Virus record (IMG/VR): IMGVR_UViG_3300050500_000090
From: a virus
Direction: 5' to 3' (one strand)
Length of the DNA stretch: 42,398 nt
Below the pieces are notes generated by a model. The model saw only the letters and a list, made by a program, of their open reading frames with translations, searched no databases and had not been told where the DNA came from. Positions 18,419 through 26,063 of the stretch are shown here, piece after piece (position 1 is the stretch's first letter; each line of letters begins with the position of its first letter). The translations under genes and the position numbers were made by a program.

Positions 18419-18553
18419 GTGTCCTGTTCCTTTCTGTGGCGTGCGCAGCTTAGATAAACCTTCGCGAACCTTTCCGCAAGAGGAAAAGCCTTAAACCAAT
18501 TTCCTAGGTGCATTTGGTAAGGTAAGCGACTGACGAAACGAGGAATTCCTGCT

Positions 18554-18922
18554 ATGGACGAAAGGTCGCAGAGAGCGAAATCGGGCATGTCTCCGGAGCA
18601 GGAATTGAAACTTCGAACCGCTACGACATGGATACCGCTCTCGCTAGTAGCGGTTATCGTGGGCAGTCTTGTCTACGGAGCATGGACGCTGTCAAATGAG
18701 CGTTCGCAAATATACGGCCAGATCAATCAAGTCAGCAGCGACGTAAAGTCTCTGGCCGAAACAGTGAAGTCGCTTACGGAGACTATCACAAAGCCGAATA
18801 ATCTTGCGTTCTCTCGGCAAGATTGGATCATGGACTGCCTTCGCACGCAGATCGCGAACCCGGCATGGAAATGTATCTATTCCGAGCCGGGAGCGACTTA
18901 CGCGAAAGGAGTAGTGCAGTGA
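18554..18922 (+). CDS. Type II membrane protein with coiled-coil ectodomain (holin or i-spanin-like lysis candidate)
   Basis: 122 aa. Single TM segment WIPLSLVAVIVGSLVYGAWTL followed by a heptad-like region (SSDVKSLAETVKSLTETI). GTGA overlap with the endolysin start. Confidence 0.6.
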   Translation: MDERSQRAKSGMSPEQELKLRTATTWIPLSLVAVIVGSLVYGAWTLSNERSQIYGQINQVSSDVKSLAETVKSLTETITKPNNLAFSRQDWIMDCLRTQIANPAWKCIYSEPGATYAKGVVQ

Positions 18923-20040
18923 TCTACGAACAGGCGAAGCGTGGCTATGCGAACCTCTGGGCGGAGGCGGAGATCCGTCCGGAACGGAAAGCGGCAGCGC
19001 TCTCGGTCGCGCGGAAGCTGCTGGTCAACAAGGCTCGCTACGAGACTATCGCGGCCAAGATCGGCTGTCCGTGGTACTTTATCGCGGTCGTGCACAATCT
19101 CGAAGCTGGCGGGCGCTTCGACAGGTATCTGGGCAACGGCCAGCGGCTCAGTCAGGTTACGACGATCAAGCCGAAGGGTCGCGGTCCTTTCCGGAGCTTC
19201 GAGGAAGGGGCAATCGACGCCCTGCGCCTGGAGGGAGTTGACAAAGTTCGCGACTGGTCTATTCCACACTGTCTCTATCTCTGGGAGAGCTATAACGGCT
19301 TCGGCTACGCTCAGCATAAGGTGAACTCTCCTTACGTGTGGAGCTTCACGACGCTGTACACCAGAGGCAAGTATGTGGAAGATGACCTATACAGCGCAAC
19401 GGCAGTTTCCCAGCAGTGCGGCGCGGCTGCGATCCTGAAAGCGCTCATTGAGCTGGGCGCTGTGCAAACCGAACATAAGGACGACGACATGGCAACGAAA
19501 GAACTCGCCAGCAGCATACAGCCCTTCGAGGGTCTGGTTCCAAACCTGGTTAGGGCAATCGCCGGACCGCTGCCGAGCTTGGCTGTGCGGGCTCTGGCTG
19601 AAGCTCTGGGGACGCCTCCGGCTGCGCAGGATGTCAAAGACAAGCTGGAGGCGACGCCGATCTCCCAGCTTGTGGGAGCGCTCCAGAAGGCGGAGGAGCT
19701 TGTCGGCATGCTGACTGTGCCCGTGCTCGAAGAGACGCCTGCAAAGGCTCCTGTGGCCGCGCCAGAGCCGGTTCCCGCCGCTGCCCCTGTCGTGGTGCAG
19801 CCGGTAGAGCCCGTGCAGCCTCCGAGCCTGTTTATCGATCGGTTCTTACCGAAGGGCTGGAAGACGATTATCGGCATCACCGTGTATTGTGCTGGCGTGA
19901 TTTTGCCTACTCTCGGCTACGTCACGCCAGACACAGGGACGGTTATCCAGACGGTCGGCGGAGGCATGGTCGGCATTACTGTGAAGCTGATGCTTGACCG
20001 CTGGCTTCCGCTCTTCGCTGGCTTCTTGAAGCGAACCTAG
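18919..20040 (+). CDS. Endolysin: lysozyme-family (COG5526-like) domain plus Pro/Ala linker plus C-terminal hydrophobic segment(s)
   Basis: GTG 18919 with AAGGAG 7 nt upstream, overlapping the upstream TGA. Catalytic-domain pattern: PWYFIAVVHNLEAGGRF...GRGPFRSFEEGAIDAL...WESYNGFGY...YTRGKYVEDDLYS. C-terminus: TIIGITVYCAGVILPTLGYV and a weaker GGGMVGITVKLML...LPLFAGFL. Confidence 0.8.
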   Translation: MIYEQAKRGYANLWAEAEIRPERKAAALSVARKLLVNKARYETIAAKIGCPWYFIAVVHNLEAGGRFDRYLGNGQRLSQVTTIKPKGRGPFRSFEEGAIDALRLEGVDKVRDWSIPHCLYLWESYNGFGYAQHKVNSPYVWSFTTLYTRGKYVEDDLYSATAVSQQCGAAAILKALIELGAVQTEHKDDDMATKELASSIQPFEGLVPNLVRAIAGPLPSLAVRALAEALGTPPAAQDVKDKLEATPISQLVGALQKAEELVGMLTVPVLEETPAKAPVAAPEPVPAAAPVVVQPVEPVQPPSLFIDRFLPKGWKTIIGITVYCAGVILPTLGYVTPDTGTVIQTVGGGMVGITVKLMLDRWLPLFAGFLKRT

Positions 20041-20603
20041 TTGCTACAGACGAACGTGTAGCGCTCGGGGCTCTCGTCTTCGTCCAGCCACTCCCGTTTA
20101 ACCTTCCGGAAACGCCGCGCAAGCAATCTCTCCCATTGCGCGGCGTCATGCAGAGACAGGTGCAGCTCTTCGCCGATCAACGCTCCGTAGCTCTCGGGGA
20201 AGTTCGCGACGCGGATCAAGGCAACGCGATCCGTAGCGTCGCAGATTAGGCCGATAGCTCCGGGAAGCAGATCAGGCGGCAGATGCTCCAGCACATCGAC
20301 ACAGATTGAATAGTCGCAGCGCAGCAGATTGCGCGGTAGCATGTCGAAGCTGGACACGATGAACGGAAACTCGTCCGTCATGACCTCGTCCAGCGCATTG
20401 TAGGCGATGTCCACGCCGACGACGTTAAAGCGTCCCGTCTTCTTGAGCGCGTAAGTCGCTCTGCCGGTTCCGCATCCCCAGTCAATCAGCGTCCCAGATC
20501 CTGGAAGCAGCCGGTTGATGTGGGGCAGGATGGTTTCAGCCGGGCTTACCCTGCGGTACTCAGGTACAGCCCAAATCAGTTCGTATTTGTCGATCTCTTC
20601 CAT
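20037..20603 (-). CDS. Class I SAM-dependent methyltransferase (small-molecule/Methyltransf_23-like type)
   Basis: Motif I LIDWGCGTGR, then VVGVDI and CVDVLEHL. No DPPY/NPPY or PCQ DNA-methyltransferase motif seen. ATG 20603 was chosen; an alternative GTG lies at 20651. The stop shares CTAG with the convergent endolysin stop. Confidence 0.8.
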   Translation of the reverse strand: MEEIDKYELIWAVPEYRRVSPAETILPHINRLLPGSGTLIDWGCGTGRATYALKKTGRFNVVGVDIAYNALDEVMTDEFPFIVSSFDMLPRNLLRCDYSICVDVLEHLPPDLLPGAIGLICDATDRVALIRVANFPESYGALIGEELHLSLHDAAQWERLLARRFRKVKREWLDEDESPERYTFVCSN

Positions 20604-20607
20604 GCTT

Positions 20608-21276
20608 TTAATCTTTCGTGTAGAGTTTCGGGTCGCAGGGGCCTTCGTCACCTCGCCAATACGGTTGCTCGCCGCAGAGATGGTTACCTCTCGCGTCGAG
20701 ATGACAGACGGTCTCTTCGTTCTGTTCTATCCATGCTGTTTCTAGACAATGGATAAGGGTCTGCATTACGCTGCCTTTGATTGAGCGCGCGGCTCTCACA
20801 GTCCAGCGGACAGTCAGACAGCCTTTGTGATCATGGAGAGAGATTAGCGTTCGATTAAGAATTTCTCCGAGATCAGATCTCGCGATGTGTATTCCGTCTA
20901 AACATTTCCTTTCTCTAGCTGTCGCGAACTGTTGTGCCCTTCGAAACACGACTAGCAATCTGTCGAGACGATCTGTTTCTCTGTTGCAGGACAGCGTTAT
21001 GGTGCTTTGATAGTCGGGATCGAGCGTCTTTGGTCTATCTAATCTCGCTTGTCTCTTTGTTGTCGCGTACTGAAGAGAATGCTTCAAGAAATGTTGAAAC
21101 AGCGCGTCAGCGCTATGCTGTTCCGATCCTGCGCGCGGAGCTGGGGTTCGGTATACGTAATCCGAGAAGCCACGCAGCAAGTCTCCAGCGTTCTCGTACC
21201 TCTCTGGCTCTGTTGCGTGACGGATAAGCCATGCGAATAGCTCTTTAGCTGCAACATCATAATCTATCTGGCTCAT
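20608..21276 (-). CDS. Hypothetical protein, 222 aa, in a lower-GC segment
   Basis: ATG 21276 is ATGA-coupled to the DNA polymerase stop. No motif recognised. Sampled 60-nt lines at 20881 and 21001 are 47-48% GC, against about 60% at 12001. Confidence 0.65.
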   Translation of the reverse strand: MSQIDYDVAAKELFAWLIRHATEPERYENAGDLLRGFSDYVYRTPAPRAGSEQHSADALFQHFLKHSLQYATTKRQARLDRPKTLDPDYQSTITLSCNRETDRLDRLLVVFRRAQQFATARERKCLDGIHIARSDLGEILNRTLISLHDHKGCLTVRWTVRAARSIKGSVMQTLIHCLETAWIEQNEETVCHLDARGNHLCGEQPYWRGDEGPCDPKLYTKD

Positions 21277-23252
21277 TTCCTGTATCTCTTCGTTGCGACG
21301 GCATCCACCTTGATAAGCATGCGCTCCATCCATGGCCGTCTGTTGTCTCGCATGCTCATGACGTGCTCAAACTCTTCTAAACGTTCCGGGATATCTTCGC
21401 AAACCAATTCGTCATGGGCATGAAGCACGATATCGAAGTCAGCCGCTGTCAGATCGAAGGCTGCGCAGCGCTGGAGCCTGTTCGCTGTGGCCTGGACGAC
21501 ATGACCCGTTGCAGCTCCGCCCCAGATCTTAATTGGAACCCATTGATGCGTCTTACTGTCTTCGCCCCAGTAGAAGACGTCGCGGCCTTCAATGTATGGC
21601 TTTTGATAACGGATTTTTGAGCCGTCCGGCAGGGCGATGACCAGTTGATCCTTGCTGGCGACGATCTTCAAAGGCCCTAGGCTGTACGGCGTCCCCATAT
21701 TCATCACGGCTTGGAACATGGCGTCACCGAGCTTGCGCCAGAAGCGCGGAACCCCAGGGAACAGCTCTTCGCGGTAGCCGGTTACGGCCCTGCCGGGAAC
21801 GCCTTCCGCGAGCTTGACGGCGTATTTCTGCTCAAGCTGCGTCTCGAAGCCGCCTTCGCCCAGGCCATAGCCGAGCCCAAGCACGCCTGTCTTTCCGAGC
21901 TGGCGCTCTTCCTTCGTGATCTTGGCTTCCGGCTTCTCGTAGACGATGGACGCCAGCCGCTTGTAGAGGTCAACGCCGTTGCCGAGATCTTCGAGCGCCT
22001 TCCATTCCTTCGCGTACCACATCAGCACGCAGAGTTCGATCCGGGAGAAGTCGCCGATCAACAGCACGTGCTCCGGCTTGCGCGCAAGGATCATCGGCCG
22101 CACAGCCATTCCGGACAGACGCAGCGGTTCGTCATACAGCAGCCGCGTGACCTCTAGCGGGTCGTAGAGCAGGCTTTCGACTTCCTCCTGGGAGCAGATC
22201 TCGCGCTTCAGGTTCTGCGCCTGGAAGCCCTTCGCTGAGTGTCTGCCGGTATGCGCGCCGTCCACCACGCCCCAGTCACGGATTATCAGGAAGGCCCCTT
22301 CGATCATGCCTCTGTCGCGGAACGCCGCATACTTGCTGCTGGCTTTCAGCGCCGCGAGCTGCCGCATAGCCAGCAGATCCTTAACCGGCTCCGGACAGTC
22401 AGGATCTGACAGGGCGAGCCGGATATGATGCGCGTCCATCTTCGCCATGGGGTAGAGGTGGCGAGCACAGAAAGCGTGCAGATGATCAGTAGAGTTGAGG
22501 TTGATCGGCTCTCCGCCTGTCAGATCGAAAGCTCTCACGCGCAGCTCGGCTTGTGCTTCCTCCAGACGAGAGATCATCAGCGAGACTTCGGCGAAATCGA
22601 CAGCAAAACCGCGCTGGTTAATCAGATAGTCCAGCTCCCAATAGCGTTGTTGCTCATGGCTTACGGGTCGCGTGCGGTCCATGATTTGCCACATGCGCTT
22701 AATGTCAGTGCGGTTATAGTTCCAGATCTTGAGCTGTTCTGTTCCGGGGATCTCGGAGCGCGGCGTCAGGGTCACGCTCTTACCCCGTTTGAACGGCTTA
22801 CACCAGCGCATGAGCGTCGCGCGACCGTCCTTATCCTTGCCCGGCAGACCGAGCGCGGCGCAGCACTCGTCCAGGCCACGCGGCAGGCCGTTCGTCGAAG
22901 CGCGCTGCGCCGTGCAGATCCAATGCTTCGGAGGTGGCACAGGGATCTTGCCCTGCAAGAACATGAGCCTCCAGAAAGTCCAATCGAACTGTGCGTTATG
23001 AGCGACGAAGGTCCACTCCTCCGAGCGCACAGCGTCTTCCAGCTCTTCCGGGAACTCGTTGAAGTCGGGCGTCCAGATATCGGCTGCGCTGTCGCGGTCC
23101 TTCTGCTTCTGGAAGCCTAGGCAGAGGATATCCGTCGAAGGGTGCGCAGCGTATTGCGTCGCGCCGACGTCGGAAATATCGAGAAGCGACTGTCCTTCGA
23201 AGTCAACGCCGATAAAGCTCGTAGCGCGGCGCAGTTTCTTGAAATCAACCAT
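21273..23252 (-). CDS. Family A DNA polymerase with 3'-5' exonuclease domain
   Basis: Exo motifs VDFEGQS and FVAHNAQFDWTF. Pol motif A LLIGDFSRIELCVL, motif B RQLGKTGVLGLGYGLG, motif C VLHAHDELVCE. Confidence 0.95.
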   Translation of the reverse strand: MVDFKKLRRATSFIGVDFEGQSLLDISDVGATQYAAHPSTDILCLGFQKQKDRDSAADIWTPDFNEFPEELEDAVRSEEWTFVAHNAQFDWTFWRLMFLQGKIPVPPPKHWICTAQRASTNGLPRGLDECCAALGLPGKDKDGRATLMRWCKPFKRGKSVTLTPRSEIPGTEQLKIWNYNRTDIKRMWQIMDRTRPVSHEQQRYWELDYLINQRGFAVDFAEVSLMISRLEEAQAELRVRAFDLTGGEPINLNSTDHLHAFCARHLYPMAKMDAHHIRLALSDPDCPEPVKDLLAMRQLAALKASSKYAAFRDRGMIEGAFLIIRDWGVVDGAHTGRHSAKGFQAQNLKREICSQEEVESLLYDPLEVTRLLYDEPLRLSGMAVRPMILARKPEHVLLIGDFSRIELCVLMWYAKEWKALEDLGNGVDLYKRLASIVYEKPEAKITKEERQLGKTGVLGLGYGLGEGGFETQLEQKYAVKLAEGVPGRAVTGYREELFPGVPRFWRKLGDAMFQAVMNMGTPYSLGPLKIVASKDQLVIALPDGSKIRYQKPYIEGRDVFYWGEDSKTHQWVPIKIWGGAATGHVVQATANRLQRCAAFDLTAADFDIVLHAHDELVCEDIPERLEEFEHVMSMRDNRRPWMERMLIKVDAVATKRYRK

Positions 23253-23267
23253 TGTGAAGCACCTATG

Positions 23268-23309
23268 AAAAAGGCCCCTTGTTGCCTATCATGACGACAA
23301 CAAGGGGCC
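23268..23309 (-). terminator. Rho-independent terminator between the SSB and polymerase genes
   Basis: On the - strand: GGCCCCTTGTTG-13 nt loop-CAACAAGGGGCC (12-bp perfect stem) followed by TTTTT. Confidence 0.7.
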
Positions 23310-23342
23310 ATAGCTAGCGTACGGGGATGTTCGGGGGAGGAA

Positions 23343-23936
23343 CTACGCTAGCAGATCTTCACCTTCTTCAATGGCCAGGGGAGCAGCGTCAAGAAGCTCG
23401 TCCTGCTCCTCCGCAGACACGAAGCGGCCGAAGCGATCCGAGCCGTCAGCGAGCGGAGGCCGCGTGCGCTGCACCGTCAGAAGGTTGAAGGAAACGCCGC
23501 GCTTCACGACGACGCCGTTACGAGAATACGTCCAGGGGAAGGCGGAGAGGATCGCGCGGGCATAGGCTCCGCCGTAGATCTCGCCCTTCTTGGCGACGGC
23601 CTTGTTTTCCAGGAGCAGGCGCGGGGCGTAGTCGGCTCCCGACTGGGCGCGCAAGATCCAACAACCCTTGCGGCTGTCCTGCTTCTTCTTGTCGCCGTTG
23701 ATAAAGCATTCCTTGAACGTGCGGTAAGGAACGCCGCCAGCCTTCCACTCCTGCGGAACCGTGTCGTTATACAGCTTCTCCATGTCGCGAAGATCGGACA
23801 TTTTGATCGTCTTGGGGAAGAGCATATCGAGACGGAAGCCGAGCTTTCCTTCCTTGCCTTCGTCGGACAAGCCGACTTTGGGTTCGAAGAGATCGAAGAA
23901 GGAGCAACGGAATTCAGGCGTGAGACACTTCGACAT
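23343..23936 (-). CDS. Single-stranded DNA-binding protein, T7 gp2.5-like (DUF2815 family)
   Basis: N-terminus MSKCLTPEFRCSFFDLFEPK matches the family start. Acidic C-terminal tail ...LAIEEGEDLLA. AGGA lies 9 nt upstream of ATG 23936; the track start at 23954 is a TTG. Confidence 0.75.
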   Translation of the reverse strand: MSKCLTPEFRCSFFDLFEPKVGLSDEGKEGKLGFRLDMLFPKTIKMSDLRDMEKLYNDTVPQEWKAGGVPYRTFKECFINGDKKKQDSRKGCWILRAQSGADYAPRLLLENKAVAKKGEIYGGAYARAILSAFPWTYSRNGVVVKRGVSFNLLTVQRTRPPLADGSDRFGRFVSAEEQDELLDAAPLAIEEGEDLLA

Positions 23937-24111
23937 TTGCGAAATCCTGTTCAAGTTTTAACATGGTTATCTCCGTCTTGTTTTCCTCCGGACGGATACG
24001 CTGAGGGATCTTGAGCACTAGCCTGTCGGCTCGCTTAGCAAACCAGACGGTGCGAACGCCGATTTACCGTTGCTCGGGACAGGCTAGGCTCAAACTCGAA
24101 ACTAACTCATT

Positions 24112-24129
24112 ACGCAACTAAACGCAACT
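24112..24129. repeat. Tandem 8-bp direct repeat ACGCAACT (24112..24119 and 24122..24129), spaced one helical turn apart
   Basis: Read directly: ttACGCAACTaaACGCAACTcg, in the spacer between the HTH gene and the SSB gene. Confidence 0.8.
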
Positions 24130-24151
24130 CGCCTCTCTTGCTGGGAGCTGT

Positions 24152-24412
24152 TTACGCCGCGAGCGGGTCGGCCTTCGAAGCGCGCTTCGCCGCTTTCTTC
24201 GGCGTCTTGTCGAACTGCGCAGCCAGCCATGTGTCGAGATCCGACTTGCGGAACGACAGCACGCGGGAGATACGGGCGTATTTGGGGCCTTTGCCTTCGC
24301 GAACGAGCCGCTTCAGCGTGCTGACGGTGATCGACAGGTAGGAGGCAGCGCTGTCGGCGTCCATGGTGGCGCGGGTCTCGGCATAAACGTCAATGTCAGT
24401 CATCTTTTTCAC
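24152..24412 (-). CDS. Excisionase/MerR-type helix-turn-helix DNA-binding protein (HTH_17-like)
   Basis: 86 aa. SAASYLSITVSTLKRLVREGKGPKYARISRVLSFRKSDLDTWL matches the AlpA/Xis HTH pattern. Basic C-terminal tail. Confidence 0.8.
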   Translation of the reverse strand: MKKMTDIDVYAETRATMDADSAASYLSITVSTLKRLVREGKGPKYARISRVLSFRKSDLDTWLAAQFDKTPKKAAKRASKADPLAA

Positions 24413-25520
24413 CTTTCCTTTTCAACCTAGGCCCAAGCTGTGGGCGGTATGTGAGCCCAGGTTTCCCCGGACGGCCTTTCATGAGAGCTTTCGCTTTCGG
24501 CCAGATAGCCTCAATCTGCGCGGGGCTTCTGAGTTCTCTCGGTTCGTAGATATCATCACCGAACTCTTGTTTCAAGACACTTTCTGCATTCGAGACGTCA
24601 ACATAGCGTCTGTGTCCCTGCCCGTCTTTCAGCTCGTAGCCGGGGATCTCGGTTCCCAGCATGGCGAGCTGCGACGCCCAGCTTGCGACAGCGGCGAACC
24701 AGATATTGACGACGGGCTGGCGATCCATGATTTCGGCCAGCAATCCCGGCGTCAGCCGCTGCACCATTTCGTCGAAATCCTCCTTGCCGTGCAGCTCTCC
24801 AGGCAGCACGTCGTTCGCATAGCTCGCCAGCGTGTCACAGTAATGCGCATGCGGGCAGTACTTGCACCACTCTCCCGCCTTTGCCGCGTGGCCTTTGGTG
24901 GCTTCCTTGAGCTTCCTTGCGATCCTGCGCAGATCCTTAACCGTGTAGTTGTGCTCGCGGATCGGATCGGCTTCGTTGGTCGGCTGCACAATGACGCAGG
25001 TTATCGTCTCGATCTCGTACCCCATATCGAGAAGCGTCTCTAGCTCCCCGTTTGCGTAGATTGCGAGCTGGTATGTGGTCGGGTCAACCTGCGTATGTCC
25101 GGACTTGTAATCGACCATGACGAGGTGTTTACGGATCTCGCTGAAGGCGCGGAAGTCCGTCGTCCCGTAACAGTCTTCGTGAATGGACGGCGCTTCGACG
25201 TGGTGCTCGACATACCACTCGTAGCCGCGATCAATGTAAGCTTCCTGGACGTAGTTCAGATAGACAGAAGCGCTTTCGACCATGCCGACAGTAACGTCCA
25301 TCTTATGGAACTGACGGTCTTCGAACAGGAAGTCAGCCGGTTGCACTCGTTCATTGAGACAGGCAGCGGAAAGGGCGTGACACGCAGAGCCGAGCGACGC
25401 GTCTTCACGGTCAACCTCAGCGACGAAGTGTTCAGAGGCAACCGGCAGCAAGGAGATCTGGCAATTCGCCCAGCGATCTGACTTTGAAGGCGCAAAGCGG
25501 CTATGCGTGTCCCGTTCCAT
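24396..25520 (-). CDS. PD-(D/E)XK nuclease, DUF2800 / Cas4-like with Fe-S cysteines
   Basis: APSKSDRWANC near the N-terminus. GTTDF...VMVDYKSGHTQVD...YQLAIYA nuclease core. C-terminal CKYCPHAHYC cluster. Confidence 0.8.
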   Translation of the reverse strand: MERDTHSRFAPSKSDRWANCQISLLPVASEHFVAEVDREDASLGSACHALSAACLNERVQPADFLFEDRQFHKMDVTVGMVESASVYLNYVQEAYIDRGYEWYVEHHVEAPSIHEDCYGTTDFRAFSEIRKHLVMVDYKSGHTQVDPTTYQLAIYANGELETLLDMGYEIETITCVIVQPTNEADPIREHNYTVKDLRRIARKLKEATKGHAAKAGEWCKYCPHAHYCDTLASYANDVLPGELHGKEDFDEMVQRLTPGLLAEIMDRQPVVNIWFAAVASWASQLAMLGTEIPGYELKDGQGHRRYVDVSNAESVLKQEFGDDIYEPRELRSPAQIEAIWPKAKALMKGRPGKPGLTYRPQLGPRLKRKGEKDD

Positions 25521-25521
25521 A

Positions 25522-25845
25522 TCAACTCCCTATCCAGTCGCCCGTGTGTTTCTTGATCGTCTCGCGGTCGGCTTCGTTTCGGATCTCCGCCAGCCAATGG
25601 ACGAACTTTCCTTCGCGATAGATCCGGACGACGTTCGCGGTGATAATGTTTGCCTTCTCAGAGATCGGCACAGCACCGCGCCGTCTCAAGTCTTCTGTCC
25701 GCATGCGTGGCCGAAGATACATAGGGAACTCTTTTCGGCCAGCTTCGACTTGGTAAGAGAGGTCGGATGACACGAAGCCTTCGCCGATCTTCTTCCGAGC
25801 TTCGCCTTCCTTCGCTCTAGGCGCGTAGAGCTTTATGTGTTTCAT
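25522..25845 (-). CDS. Hypothetical protein, 107 aa
   Basis: Internal ATG (MKHIKLYAPRAKEG...) overlapping the upstream stop (TGATG). The longer track ORF is Arg-rich upstream and overlaps 25845..26063. Confidence 0.55.
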   Translation of the reverse strand: MKHIKLYAPRAKEGEARKKIGEGFVSSDLSYQVEAGRKEFPMYLRPRMRTEDLRRRGAVPISEKANIITANVVRIYREGKFVHWLAEIRNEADRETIKKHTGDWIGS

Positions 25846-26063
25846 CAGAAGAGCCAGCCTAGCAGCATGAAGAACGCGGCGATCAAGCCCAGGATCGCGG
25901 CAGCGAAGATGTAGCCTCCGGGATCTCTCGGGACTTCTTGGAGCTTGTAGGGACATTCGCGAGCTTCAGGGCGAATGTTGAGATGCCAGGACGCGCCGCA
26001 CGCAGTGCACACGACGCGCCTATAGTCTCGAAGCTCCTGGATTTCACAGGGGAGCTTGGTCAC
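25845..26063 (-). CDS. Small Cys-rich, C-terminally membrane-anchored protein (72 aa; start uncertain)
   Basis: GTG 26063 chosen to minimise overlap with 26044..26292. Cys-containing PCEIQ...VCTACG...ECPY segment followed by the TM segment YIFAAAILGLIAAFFMLLGWLF. Confidence 0.4.
   Translation of the reverse strand: MTKLPCEIQELRDYRRVVCTACGASWHLNIRPEARECPYKLQEVPRDPGGYIFAAAILGLIAAFFMLLGWLF

Noticed and set aside
23285-23297. Possible coding or regulatory role for the ATG within the terminator loop (cctatcatgacga).
   Set aside because: It has no ribosome-binding site and no ORF of meaningful length. It lies in the loop of a clear terminator.
24152-24412. The Xis-like HTH as evidence for a temperate lifestyle or prophage excision module.
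   Set aside because: There is no integrase, repressor/Cro pair or attachment site in the closed genome. This HTH fold is common in lytic-phage transcription regulators.
24422-24430. A third copy of the 9-mer TCAACCTAG, also at 35239 and inverted at 34951.
   Set aside because: It lies inside the DUF2800 coding sequence, far from the control region. Three copies of a 9-mer are suggestive, but no supporting context was found.
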